64,000 nucleotides of DNA, taken from Phoronis australis. Lineage: Eukaryota > Animalia > Phoronida. The notes beneath the pieces are model-generated. The model was not told where the DNA came from, searched no databases, and saw only the letters and a list, made by a program, of their open reading frames with translations. This document shows, in pieces, positions 51,922-64,000 of this stretch (position 1 is its first letter; every line of letters begins with the position of its first letter). The position numbers and the translations under genes are program-made. The stretch is taken from assembly GCA_002633005.1 (NCBI GenBank), contig NMRA01000303.1, positions 310,706 through 374,705 on the forward strand, in the 5' to 3' direction.

Positions 51922-52169
51922 GGGCCCGTTTCAAGAAAACTGACTTAGCAAAGACAAATCTTAAATTCTAGTCAATTTTAAGTTAAAACTTAAATTTGTC
52001 TCAAGTCTGTTCCAAGAAAGTGATCTTAAGTTTGACTTGAGTTTTTGACTTAAGCTTTGTCTTTACTTTGACTAATTTAACAGATTTGGAAGTTTCAAAG
52101 TTTGAGGCTTGAGAAAAATCTTAGACTTAAGTCAAAAACAAACTTAAGTTAGTTTCTTGGAACAGGCCC
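51922..52169. mobile_element. PIF/Harbinger-like MITE, copy 1
   Basis: TIR gggcccgtttcaagaaa / tttcttggaacaggccc; flanks cag and cac. Confidence 0.8.
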
Positions 52170-53274
52170 CACGCCTCCAAGTTTTCAGAGATGGGATTCA
52201 ATGTTTATGAAATGGCAACCATCCCACAATACATTTGAAAAATGACAGCAGCGCTGAAGATAAAATTCCCCAAAACTTCATAGGAAAAAGTTCATCAGTA
52301 ATAGTGAAGTGGAAGACCGAGACAAAATGTCTGAATTAGCCATCAGTCACATGTCACAAAATGTCTGAATTAGCCATCAGTCACATGTCACGAAATGAAC
52401 CTGAGGCTATCAAGTTGTCTTGGTATGCCAACTTATTTTATTGGCTCTCAGTCAATCAACTGTAGGTTCTTTCCAAGCCCAAAAGTCTAACAAAAACTTG
52501 GAACATGTGGAGACCAGTATTGTATCATTAAGCTTGACAGAAGACAAATTTGTATGACCTTTGACCCTACAATACATTTCAAGCAACTGTTTTAAATAGA
52601 AAACTTAAAGACATTTCTACTGACCATTATTTTTACTACAAGTTCATTGTTGGGGTCACTTAAATTTGGCGTCTCAGAAAACTGAAGACAAAACCTGAAA
52701 TGGAGAAAACATGAAATAAAATTAAACACTGGCTGACATTTTGAAATGTTAGAGCAACAGTTTTAAATTAAAGACTTTTAAACTGTGCAGCACTTGCTCA
52801 GTTGTTCAGAACATTAACGTCACACTCACAAATAAGAAACACAACGAGTTCGTCTACAGTCTCATCATGTTTTAGTTATAAAGGACTGATCAGTCAAAAC
52901 AATACAAAGAACACTGCTCTCAACAAGCAACAAAATGAGAGTGCTGTGTAAGCGCAATGGTGAAGACATTTCAATTCTGTAAAAAAGTATGTGATTGCAA
53001 GCCTAGACATTTTTCCAACTTTCAAAGGCTACCGCGGCTACAAAAATTAAGATTTGTTCAACAAATGTTTAAAAGTACATTACGTAAGTTACAATCCAGG
53101 CTAACTGTAAAGAACTTTAAATTTGCAAAATTTCTCTCTACCAACAGATCGTGTCCGAAATGGAATCATGTACAGTTATATACTAATTAAACGGTTTCTT
53201 CTCAACAAAATTTTCAACACGCAGAGCAGATTCTTGAGAGCGTGATTGTAGACAGAAAAATGTTCTTGGCCTTA

Positions 53275-53472
<198 letters not shown>

Positions 53473-54207
53473 TCAGTCTCACGCACGCTCATACGATATA
53501 ACATTCGTCATTTTCCGTACAATATTATAATGTATCTATATAAGTAGAACTGGAGAAATGTTTTTGCCACCACATCAGACTTTCGTCTTTTGTAACGGAA
53601 GTTTAAGGAAATGGAAGTGTTTCTCAATAGCCAAGGAGGCGTATGCATTGACGGTTAATTTCTTTCCTCCACTGTAACCATTCACCACTAATTTCATTGT
53701 ACGCCATATTTAAACCATCAATCGCTAATTTTTTTAGACATACAAAAGCTCCTTGCCACTTCTTTAAACTTAGAGGAAACCAGTTTCCAAGCAACACACT
53801 TTTTAACCAATCGGATCAATTTTACCCTGAAAGCCATAACGATTGAGCATTTTCACGGCATCCTGCTTTCACCAGAAGGTTAATTTAATAACGCCTGTAT
53901 CCAAAGCTTGACTTATTCCTTATAAAATGGTGGCTCAACCATAATAACATACAGTACACAACAACATGTAGCTGTGTCTATACGTGAGACACAGACACAG
54001 GCACCAACAAGTATTTGCAAAACACAAGAGAAAAAAGTTTTGGAACAACAGTAATTATTCCGACAATATGTTTATATTAGTAATTAATCTGCTTTGCAGT
54101 TAGTGACTCAGAAGTCACTGTAATTTTCACAACAATAAACCAACGAAGGTAAATTAGACGAAATGAAGAAAAAGCAAAAATAAAGGCATGGCACAGCAAC
54201 AATTCAG

Positions 54208-54403
54208 GGACCCGTTCCAAGAAAACTGTCCTAAGTGTCAAGCCAATTTTAAGATAAAACTTCAATTTGTCTGTTTCAAGAAAAAGATCTTAATTTTGAC
54301 TTAAGTTTTGTCTTAGGTTCGAGGAAGTTTCAAAGTTCGGAAGTTGAGACAAACCTTAGATTTAAGTAAAAATGAACTTAAGACAGTTTCTTGGAACGGG
54401 ACT
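54208..54403. mobile_element. PIF/Harbinger-like MITE, copy 2
   Basis: Same TIR and interior; 3-bp TSD cag. Confidence 0.8.
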
Positions 54404-54705
54404 CAGACTTGCATACTGAATAATTCAGCTCAGCTTCAAAATTAGGCAGATGCAGACCAGAATTAAACATTTTTCAGCTTAATACAGCTGTGAATATTAG
54501 CACGACCAGGTAACTGTCAGCGAAATGTTCCGACACTGAATGTCTTTGGTGAAGTTGAATTGATGTATGGTATGTGCCTGCCATTAGGCCACTGTACATA
54601 TTTTTGGCTAATGTACCTATTTACGAAGTTGTGTACATATCCAGATTAAGGTGCATGTGCCTAGTATGTACGCAACAGCTGAATAAAACTAAGGACCAAC
54701 ATTTG

Positions 54706-56468
54706 AAACAAGAGCAACGCGGAGCGTTGAAATGGACCCACAAATGCATTGCAAATGGTGTGCTTTTACAGTTATTTATGTGTATCATAAAAATGGCCAC
54801 TAGATGGCACAAAAACATACAATCCATTTAAAAACAGGAACATGCCATATTTCATAAAAATCTGTCAAGGAACTTCAGAGAAACAAAAGAAAACGGAATA
54901 AAATGAAAATGCCACTAGTGGGCACAGTGTCTGTTGGATCTGCCTGAAAGTCGTTGTCGTCTGTTGTTATCTTCATATTAATACACTTACTAAATTTAGT
55001 AAAGATTCTGCAGTGGGTTTAAGAGATACAACTATGGGCGCAACACAAAACTACCACTAGGAGGCGCCACAGTAGTCAGTCATCATCATCATCAAAGGTC
55101 ATCTTCACATATGCCAATTTTAAAATGATTTGGTTGATACAGGGGTGGACACAAAAAACAACACTTGAAAACAACAAAAAAATGGCCACTAGATGGTGCA
55201 AAATACCTCGATTCCATCCAAAAACAGAAAGATAGCACCACCTCACTAATTGATGCCTATTTATCAAATTTTATGAAAATCTGTTGAGGACCTTTGAAGA
55301 TACTTAGTTAAACGTAAAAAATTAAAATTGCCAATAGGGAGCACAGAAGTAGTCAGATCTGTCCAAAAGTCGTCGTCATCCGTAGTCAACATCACATACA
55401 CTTGCAAAATTAAGTAAAGATCCTGCGAATGGTTTAGGAGATACAACCATAGGCGCAACAAAAACAAAACTGCCACTAGGAGGCGCCACAGAAGTCAAAA
55501 TCGGCAACCGTCCTCTTTATAGTAAGCACATACATGCCAATTTTCACAATCATCCTTTGAGCGGTTTGGTTGATAGAGGGGTGGACGCAAAAAACAGACT
55601 CGAAAACAGTAAAAATGGCCACTAGGTGGCGCAAACTACGCCGAATCCATCTGAAAACGGGAGGATAGCGTCAACTCACTAATAGGTGCCTACATAATAA
55701 ATTTCATGAAAATCCATTAAGGACTTTTGAAGATACAAAGGTAAACGTAAAAAAAATAAAATTGCCACTAGAGGGCACACCTGTAGTCGGATCTGTCCAA
55801 AAGTCATCGTCGTCCATTGTTAACATCATATAAATGTACTTACTAAATTTCGTAAAGATCCTGCAAATGGTTTAGGAGATACAGCAATAAGCGCAAAAAA
55901 AAAACTGCCACTAGGAGGCGCCACAGTACTCAAAATCGTCGGAAAATCATTGTCAACAGTCCTCTTCATACCAAGCACATAATATAATAATGCCAATTTT
56001 CACAGTCATCCTTTGAGCAGTTTGGTTGATAGAGGGGTGGACGCAAAAAAACAGACTCGAAAACAGTAAAAATGGCCACAAGGTGCCGCAAACTACGTCG
56101 AATCCATCCGAAAACAGAAGGATAGCGTCATCTCACTAATAGGTACCGAATTCCTGCGCACGTCTGATGCATTGCAAATGACATCAGGCCACCTGCACTG
56201 ATTTTTTTTAACCAAATTCCATGAAAATCCGTTCAGGACTTTTGAAGATACAAAGGTAAGTGTAAAAAAATAAAATTGCCACTAGGGGGCACACCGGGAG
56301 TCGGATCTGTCCGAAAGTTCGCCCATGCCGTCCCATTCATGAATGGAACATATGTGCCAAATTTCATGAATGTAAGTCAAAGGGTTTTAGAGACAGAGCA
56401 GCGGACGCCGGACGGACGGAGGGAGATGACGGCATAATGCGTTCACATATAAACATCTGGGCGCATAA
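54706..56468 (-). mobile_element. Second HINE/DINE-1-like copy, about three ~450-bp units
   Basis: Reverse complement of the 27242 element: aaacaagagcaacgcggagcgttg...ggacggacgg...tgggcgcataa. Confidence 0.88.
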
Positions 56469-56639
56469 AAAGCATCCTCATTCTGAGAATGAAGCTTGAT
56501 TTACCAATTAAAAAGTGGCGAGTAAAAAAAAATTGGGACAACATGCAACACACTCAGTTCAGCACATCCACGAGGGGTAGACTTCTCCACCAGTAAGCGA
56601 AATTTAGGTGTAAAAATTTTTCTAACAAATTATGTCCTA

Positions 56640-56804
<165 letters not shown>

Positions 56805-56923
56805 TTAAAGGAACGAACAATCAAATTTTCAAGCAAAGCGTGTGAAATTAAGAGACCGAGACCAGAGAGAGGTTTGTCAATAGGAAACACATACAAAGTA
56901 GTTTATATCAATCTAAACACTGA

Positions 56924-57030
56924 ATACAGAGGGGGGAGGGGGTCCAGACACCTTGAACAGTTCTGGAGCTGCAGTTGTATCCTTACAGAGGGGGAGGGGT
57001 CCAGACACCTTGAACAGTCCTTGAGCTGCA
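56924..57030. repeat. ~60-bp direct duplication
   Basis: tacagagggggagggg(g)tccagacaccttgaacagt occurs twice. Confidence 0.8.
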
Positions 57031-58143
57031 TCTGTGCCGTCCCCTTATTAGGTACAAACAACATGCTCTATGGATAGCGGTGGGCAACCCATGTGAACGC
57101 TTCACTGCTGGAATCGTTTGGAAGCCTACCTTTGAAGATAGAAAGCACTTCGTACCGACCCTGACTTGTGATCAACATGACTCTGAGCATGTTTCACAGT
57201 TGTCCCAACTTCTGGTCTTTTTCGTGTAAGAACATTGAACTGAAATGTTATCTACCATGTCATTTAACAAGTGGATTCCAAAAATTCTATCATATGTAGA
57301 TTTTATAAAATAAGAACGACTAGTTTATTAAGTAATCTAATGATAGCCAGATGGCTAAGTGACTAACTTTGGCCACAAATGCCTGTGAGAACAACTGAAA
57401 CCAAGAAAGGGGGTTGAACTTTTTCTCTGAGTAACTACTCTACTGTAATCCACCATGAACTACACCCCTCATGGCCAGGCGCTTTATGACAGAACTAATA
57501 GAGAGGTTTTGTGTTGTTTCTAGTCCCCCTCCCCCTATTGCTCTGAAACGGGCCTAGAGCTATCTCATCAGCACGTCGTAGTTGTGCTTTGCAAGGCCAT
57601 TGTGCGTTCGATTGAATTATTCACTGAGCCACGCACAGACATTACCGAGTCAACAGAGGGCAACCCAGCTCTGCCTCAGTAACGATGTTTAAGTAGGGCA
57701 TCCCACTCATGGAGCTTCATTGGAAATGTGTAAAGTGGAGTTAAGTTTGTCATGTCATGTGATAATTCTTCCTTACTCGCGAGTCAAGTGTCACACGTTG
57801 AAACATTGAACCAGCAAACTCCACATAGTACTAGCACGAGATTTAAACAATCGCAAATTTGACTCCTTTATTCACAGTTATTAAGGTTAGGTCTATTTTG
57901 AAACAGTTTACTTGTATCACCAATTGGGGTTACTCTGAAGGAAAATTGGTATTTTAGTCTCACTACACTAGAGTTATCAGGTGGTCATGAGGCGGTTTAT
58001 CTAGAACTGCCAAACAGTTAACACATTGAATTTAAAAATTGGCGACATCTTGTTAGTCTGCTCAACAATAGGTCGACAAACGAGACCATTTACGAGAAAT
58101 GGAAGCTGAAGAAATGAAGTCCAGGAGGCACTGAGGCTGGGAG

Positions 58144-58402
58144 GGGCCTGTTTCAAGAAACTGAGTCCTTAAGTTCATTTTTTACTCAAGTCTAAGATTT
58201 GTCTCAATTTCCAAACTTTGAAACTTCCACAACCGGTAAGACGGTCAAAATCAAGACAAAAGTCTGACCTCTTTCTAAGTTTCTTGAAATGGACTTGGAA
58301 AGTTGAGACAAATCTAAGACGTTTTATCTTAACTAACTTAACTTAAAATTGACTGAAATTTAAGATTTGTTTTAGCTAAGACAATTTCCTTGGAATGGGC
58401 CC
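58144..58402. mobile_element. PIF/Harbinger-like MITE, copy 3 (inverted relative to copies 1 and 2)
   Basis: gggcctgtttcaagaaa...tttccttggaatgggccc; internal aaactttgaaacttcc is the reverse complement of copy 1. Confidence 0.8.
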
Positions 58403-60031
58403 CAATTATCAATAGCCAGAGTTTCTCGCTGTAATAAAATGTCTTTTACATGGTCACGAGTCACTGGAAATTCGTCTGCCTGTGTTAAAAGCAGAAATTG
58501 CGGAAGAAGTCGATCGGTCACAGGAAAAGCATGTAAATGCTCTTGCGCCATCTATAAGCCGACAGGAAAACTAGTCAAACCAAGCTCAAAAGTTACCTTA
58601 CTACGTTTACCTACCTATTTCCAAAACAATGAACACTAAATTTACATTTTTCTGATTGGGCTTCAAATCTTTGACACACACAAAGTTATTTTCTTGACTC
58701 ATGTTGAACGCAAATGTCACCAACTGAACACGTTCTCAGTCGGAATGATGTCCTTGACCTTGAATTCTTGGGCGCACAATCCACACCTTGGTAACTCACA
58801 CATCTAAAAGCAAAACATTCCTAAAACCCGACTTCAGAATGTCAACAAGTAATGTTCGTGGGCGTTCTTTGGCATCTAAGGTTAAACTACATTAAAAGAA
58901 GTTTTACGAAATATGTCTAAATAAGTGACTTAAGTGGAAAAATCAAGACTCATTGTTGAACCATGACGGACAGAAAAGCCCATAATTCCCATTTCCTCAC
59001 AAGCAAGCGCTCTACCTGTTGGAGATTTCCAGAACCTTTACTCATTACTCAGGATCCCAGTCTGCGGCAGAGCTGGTGTGTCAGTGTTTTGAAAAGTCTC
59101 TTAAGATTTAAATCAGGAATTTAGTCTTACGCTCCACTCAACTTAACTGAAAATTCTTGAATCTCATCTGAGTAAAACTGCTCAAATCCTACGAGAAAAT
59201 GTTTACATAACTGCTAGTTATACTAGATGTGAGATAGTGGCGGGGGTGTGATACGCCTGCTTGGCTAAACCTCTCTTCAACAATTGTGAAGTGTAAACGC
59301 AGGACTAATTTAAAGCACTTTCAAGTAACAGACCCCTGCCCTACAATGTATCGCGAGGGCGGGTACAAGACGGCGGTAAAGATTATTTGTCTGTCCATCA
59401 TTATCGGTCGGGGTGACATATTGGTGCTATTCACAATCCTCAGTCTTTTAAGAAATTGATTGAACGGTAAGTGAGTGAATTTCCCTGCGTATTATCAATG
59501 CAGCATCTTATTGAATGTTTTCCACAGACACACCTTGACTGTGTGACGAACGGCCGGGTCGGGGCGATATCTGCACCGGGAAACCGGTATCATGATTTGC
59601 CCCAGAATATAATAGAATGATTGTCGAATTGACAGACATTTAAGGAGAGCTAGGCTTGGTGAATGTGCTTTAAATATATTTGACTGTGGAATTTATTCTG
59701 TGAACCTAGTAACTGAACTGACAACGTTTGTCGTGAACAGCAAAAGTTGACTGAGTCTGATGATCCAGAATCAAATCTTTGATGATCAAGTTTGCCGGTG
59801 CACGAAACTGAATATTTTCAACTTTCTGTCACTCACTTAAATGCCAAACATGTAAACAGTAAGCGTGGTATGATTTTAACTGTATACTCTCTTGATCATG
59901 TAGATTGCAGAGTTGATATAATATGATTGGCTATTTTGGTTCATAGTTTTTCAAGAGTTTGATGGAAATCGCATACAATTTTAAGTCTGGTCAGCACGTG
60001 ATCTAATAAATATAAGTCTGATAAGATTTCT

Positions 60032-60104
60032 GCCGCAACCGGGACTCGAACCCAGGACCTTCTGCTAACCGCGCATGCGCTCTAATCCACTGAGCCATAT
60101 GACC
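60032..60104 (-). pseudogene. tRNA-like sequence (SINE head or tRNA pseudogene)
   Basis: A box TGGCTCAGTGG and B box GGTTCGAGTCCC present and D/T arms pair, but the acceptor and anticodon stems do not. Confidence 0.7.
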
Positions 60105-60624
60105 CCCGTCGAATACAGAAATCCGCTAATCAGAATTAGTAGTGGCCTTGTCGCCCTTGAACTCCTGAGTGTGAATAAATTTGCAATTCTTTTCCACGCC
60201 TGTTTGAGAATTACATACTGGAAAGTTAACTTACATTACATGGTGACACCAAGGAATCTACTAGAGTTCTCAGCTTCACAAATATCATTATAGAAAAACA
60301 GTTTTCCCTTCAATTAATCCATGTTCACTGACATGTTGTGTAAGTCAAACCGTGCACAAACCTGAGTGCAAAGCCTAAGTGTTCATGGTCACGTTACTGA
60401 GGATACTTCTGACATTTTTCAGACAGTGGTCGCCACTTGTACTGTCATTTGCATAATTGCACAAGTTGCATTTGCCAAACAAGACACAAAATGCGTTGAA
60501 CAGCCGTTGACAGAGAAGCCAAGACAGGGTATTGAGGAACCCCTTTGCAAACCGGATACCGATCTGAAAAGGTACTGCAAATCTTAACTGTCATACATCT
60601 TTCTTACAGGTATTGGTATAAAAA

Positions 60625-60730
60625 TGTTTTTAGAGCAACCATAGGCTTCCAACTCAGAAACTAACAAAGAGTGAGGAATGTAATTGAACGCTGTCGATAT
60701 GTCAATTGGAAAACAACTTGCATACATGCA
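60625..60730 (-). pseudogene. Short LINE reverse transcriptase fragment
   Basis: IDISTAFNYIPHSLLVSELEAYG resembles the DLSKAFD..H.LL..L..YG motif of CR1/L2-group RTs. Confidence 0.65.
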
Positions 60731-60767
60731 CGTATTCTGATCTGTAGCGAATCTCAATTCTTGAAGA

Positions 60768-60985
60768 GGCACTGTGGCCTAGTGTGATAGGTGCCCTCTT
60801 CGAGGTCGTGGGTTCGAGTCCCACTGGGTCACACTGCTAAACACTTGAGTCAGGTTTCTAGCTCATCAGCTCGGTTTGACTATATATCAATAAACCATAA
60901 AAATGGTTTCAGGAGATCAGTGCAATGGGCCCACATGCGTGGACTGCGCATGTCTGGTACAACGTGCATCAGACCACCTGCGAGT
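60768..60985 (+). mobile_element. tRNA-derived SINE
   Basis: A-box-like TGGCCTAGTG, B box GGTTCGAGTCCC, non-tRNA body shared with 42145-42370 and 56150-56200. Confidence 0.75.
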
Positions 60986-61173
60986 ATTCTTAATATATTA
61001 ATCTCAAGTTTTCAGGTCTTCAAAGATTTTAAGTAATCATGATATAAATGTCCTTTTAGAAAAAAACACACAAGTAGTTACTGCTTACTTTACCAAGTTG
61101 TTTGCAATCTTCCAAAAACCGGATTTACCATTTTGGAAACAACGTTCGCCGTCACGCAAAAACTATCACTTAA

Positions 61174-61502
61174 AGCCGCATTTCGCGTTCGTTAGTTGGC
61201 CAAAATCGAGCTGTTTTACTATCTTAAAATTGGTCTCGTAATGTTTCTAACAGTGGAAGCGTTCAATTTCTGTTACCAACAAGAATACTGAAGCGAACAG
61301 CGACTCAAGAAGGCGCTTCAGAGTTTACTACGGTTGGCCAGACCTAAAATTCGAAAACAGTGCACGTGGGCATTTCCTGTGACTCGAGTTGGTAACGGAA
61401 ATTGAGTCACCTGAGTAGCATACAATAAGAGACCTGCTTTGTGAGAGTAAAATATCTAATTCGATTTTGTTTTTAGCCAGCTAAACACGGCTAAATGCAG
61501 CT
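61174..61502. mobile_element. Kolobok-like MITE
   Basis: TTAA|AGCCGCATTT...AAATGCAGCT|ATAA with long imperfect internal inverted arms. Confidence 0.6.
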
Positions 61503-62394
61503 ATAACTTTTGTGCAATCTAGTTATATTTTGTATTTACATGGCGGCGACATCCCGTTGCTCCCAACTTGTTCGATTGTATAGCCCAACAACAAGTTGGG
61601 AAGTTTACCCCCGTAGCCAATTAACTCCATTCTGGCGTTGATGGTTGGAGGGCCTGCGCTCTTTTGTTTGATAATTGCTCTAATCTCCGATCAGATCGTA
61701 TCTAGCCTGACTGGGGTGGGCTGATAAAAATGAAAGTTAAGTTAAGCCAGATACTACAACACGTTCAGCACCCCTCACGTCTGGAAAAGTTACTGAACGA
61801 CAGGACGCTGTAATGATCTTAGTTATTCATCCATTACTGGATTTGGTCAACTAAAAGCGATGATCCAGACATAATTACGCTTCACACTATCAATCATGCT
61901 CAATGGACCATTGCCATTGTCACTATCTCATCATTACCATAATTATGCTGCGCGTACCAGCGCATAACGGTGTTTATCTTACTCTAGTTATTTTCCCTAC
62001 CATTTTAGACCTTGATAATTCCTTAGAAATGTATTTGCATGCTTTTAACTATGCTAATGTACAGCAGGAGCTAAACGACAATGATATCTGTACATCATCT
62101 TCGCTAAACAAAGTGCAGTTGTATTCACTAACAACTTGTAAATGTGAAAACAAAAATTCTACAAATAGGTGACCTTTGCACTAATGACGTACGTACATTG
62201 GGGGCTTACATAACACGCATCATGCAGTGTTATTCCCCAACACTACGTCACGATACTTACTGAACATGGTTGAATGATTTAGGGCGGATCATTTTCTACA
62301 CAAAACTCGTTCTTAAAAACATTTGGTAATTTTCAACGTACTTCATACTCATATCGTTGCTATAACTTGTGTTTCTAACTAGTTTGACCAAGCA

Positions 62395-62905
62395 ATCACA
62401 GAGACGAGGAGTTAGCGTGTTTTTAGAAAAACTCAATTCACATAGTGACATAAATAGCATCTGCTTAGATGAGCATGCTACAAACATTAATTCACTATTA
62501 TATGCAGATGACATGGTTTTATACTCTCTAACAGCGTCTAACTTGCAACGTATATTGATTTGTCTCAAGGATTATTATGATACATGGGGTATGGCTGTGA
62601 ATTTAAAGAAAACCAAAGTAATCGTATTTAGAAATGGCGGTACCTTAAGACATTATGAGAATTGTTTTTTTAACAAACAGCAAGTTGATACTGTACCTCA
62701 TTATAAATATCTTGGTGTTTTTATCACACCTTCATTGTCATGGTCGAAAGCGACAAAAACTCTCTCTTGTCAAGCAAATAAAGCTGCACCACGTGTTTTG
62801 AAACTACAGCGCAGATGTCGCGATGTGCCCCCATCACTTGCCTTTTAGTTATTTGATAAACTGGTGTACCCAAAATTGTGTTATGGTGCCAAGATTTGGG
62901 GTAAC
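62395..62905 (+). pseudogene. LINE RT C-terminal fragment (RTE/RTE-X-like)
   Basis: LLYADDMVL, VNLKKTKVIVFRNGG, YKYLGV, then frameshifted LFDKLVYPKLCYGAKIWG. Confidence 0.85.
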
Positions 62906-62907
62906 CA

Positions 62908-64000
62908 ATACCTTTGACATGGATGAACTAAATGCCGGTTTTAGCGCAGATGAAATAGTAAGGGCCATTAAGAAACAAAATAATAATAAATCTTCCGGAG
63001 AAGATGGCATACCAGCTGAATTCTATAAGTGTTTCCCTGAGGCCCTAGCAGAACTTCTCCACAAACTTTTTAATAGAATTTTCAATACCGAGCATTATCC
63101 ATCCCAATGGTCAAAAAGTATTATTGTACCGTGTTACAAAAAGGGAGACAAATTTAATCCAAATAATTACAGAGGGATCTCCGTTATAGTATTAATAAAA
63201 TTCTTACAACTATTCTTTACTCTCGTATAATTGAAGGGTCGAATAACACTAATTGTATCCCGGAAGAACAAGCAGACTTTAGGACTGGGTACTCTACAGT
63301 CGATAACATTTTTAACCTACAATGTATCATCCAGAAACATGTCACTAAACGGAAGGGGAAAGTATATTGTGCATTCGTTGATTTTAATAAGGCATTTGAT
63401 AGTGTAGATATTTCCCGTTTATTTTATGCCCTTTTAACCAAAGGTTTGCATGGAAAAATATTTCTTATTTAACGCAGTATGTACGACTCTATACAATCGT
63501 GTGTTATGGTACAGTCCCTGACCACAATTTATTTTAACTGTACAGTTGGCATCCGACAAGGATGTGTTTTAAGTCCCTGACTGTTCTCGGTGTTTGTTAG
63601 CACACTAGTGTCTGATATTAGAGAAAATGTACTCAGAGGTATACGTGTTTCTCCGGGATGTGAAATAGGTTCTCTGCTTTTTGCTGATGATTTAGTGCTG
63701 GTGTCGAATACTGTTGCTGGGCTATAGATGAAGCTCAATGTCTTCGAAAAGTTTTGTCGAGACTGGAACTTGCAAGTTAATTTGGAGAAAACGAATGTTG
63801 TGGTATTTAAGCGAGGAGGCATACTTTCAAGTAATGAAAGGTGGGTTTTTGGCAAGTAAGAAAGTAGAAACTAAATCGCACTACAAGTACCTAGGAATCA
63901 CATTCTCCTGCAGACTTAAATGGACATAGTGTTGTAGAGTACTTGCAAGCCAAGTTCGAAAAGCAATGAACGTTATTAAAGCCACTCTGTCAAACCTTAA
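62908..64000 (+). pseudogene. Second LINE ORF2/RT fragment with stops and frameshifts, running off the window
   Basis: KSSGEDGIPAEFYK, PNNYRGIS, EEQADFR, FVDFNKAFDSV, GIRQGCVLSP, LLFADDLVL, YKYLG. Confidence 0.9.

Noticed and set aside
56983-57129. Possible alternative terminal exon of the minus-strand gene
   Set aside because: Weak AAG acceptor and no recognisable peptide in any frame.
60032-60104. Functional tRNA gene
   Set aside because: Acceptor stem does not pair, anticodon arm is broken and there is no U33; kept as a pseudogene/SINE head.

Overview
Eukaryotic (animal, probably lophotrochozoan) genomic DNA, not prokaryotic: no CRISPR array, operon or rRNA was found. The core is a complete + strand beta-catenin/armadillo gene with 13 coding exons (32761-44814). 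All splice phases are compatible, giving 2520 nt and 839 aa. Its probable promoter is near 6.6 kb, followed by about 26 kb of 5' intronic sequence with candidate non-coding exons. A second, unidentified gene converges from the right; only its last two coding exons are recognisable (50116-50236 and 48753-48871, minus strand; Q/G/N/P-rich, ending RGGRK). The rest is a dense transposon and repeat landscape: TTAA-flanked Kolobok-like elements, hAT, PIF/Harbinger and pogo-like MITEs, two Helentron-type (HINE/DINE-1-like) elements, LINE fragments, tRNA-derived SINEs and many minisatellites. The most notable observations are: (1) the two HINEs carry arrays of CTCF-consensus motifs every ~150 bp and bracket the beta-catenin coding region; (2) a frame-shifting penultimate exon positioned like the exon skipped in Drosophila neural Armadillo; (3) a Kolobok-like element holding both a HINE and a LINE; (4) a hAT MITE inserted into its own family's terminus. 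All calls were made by eye with no database searches; TE family labels rest on TIR, TSD and motif patterns. I found no evidence of a wholly new protein-coding system.
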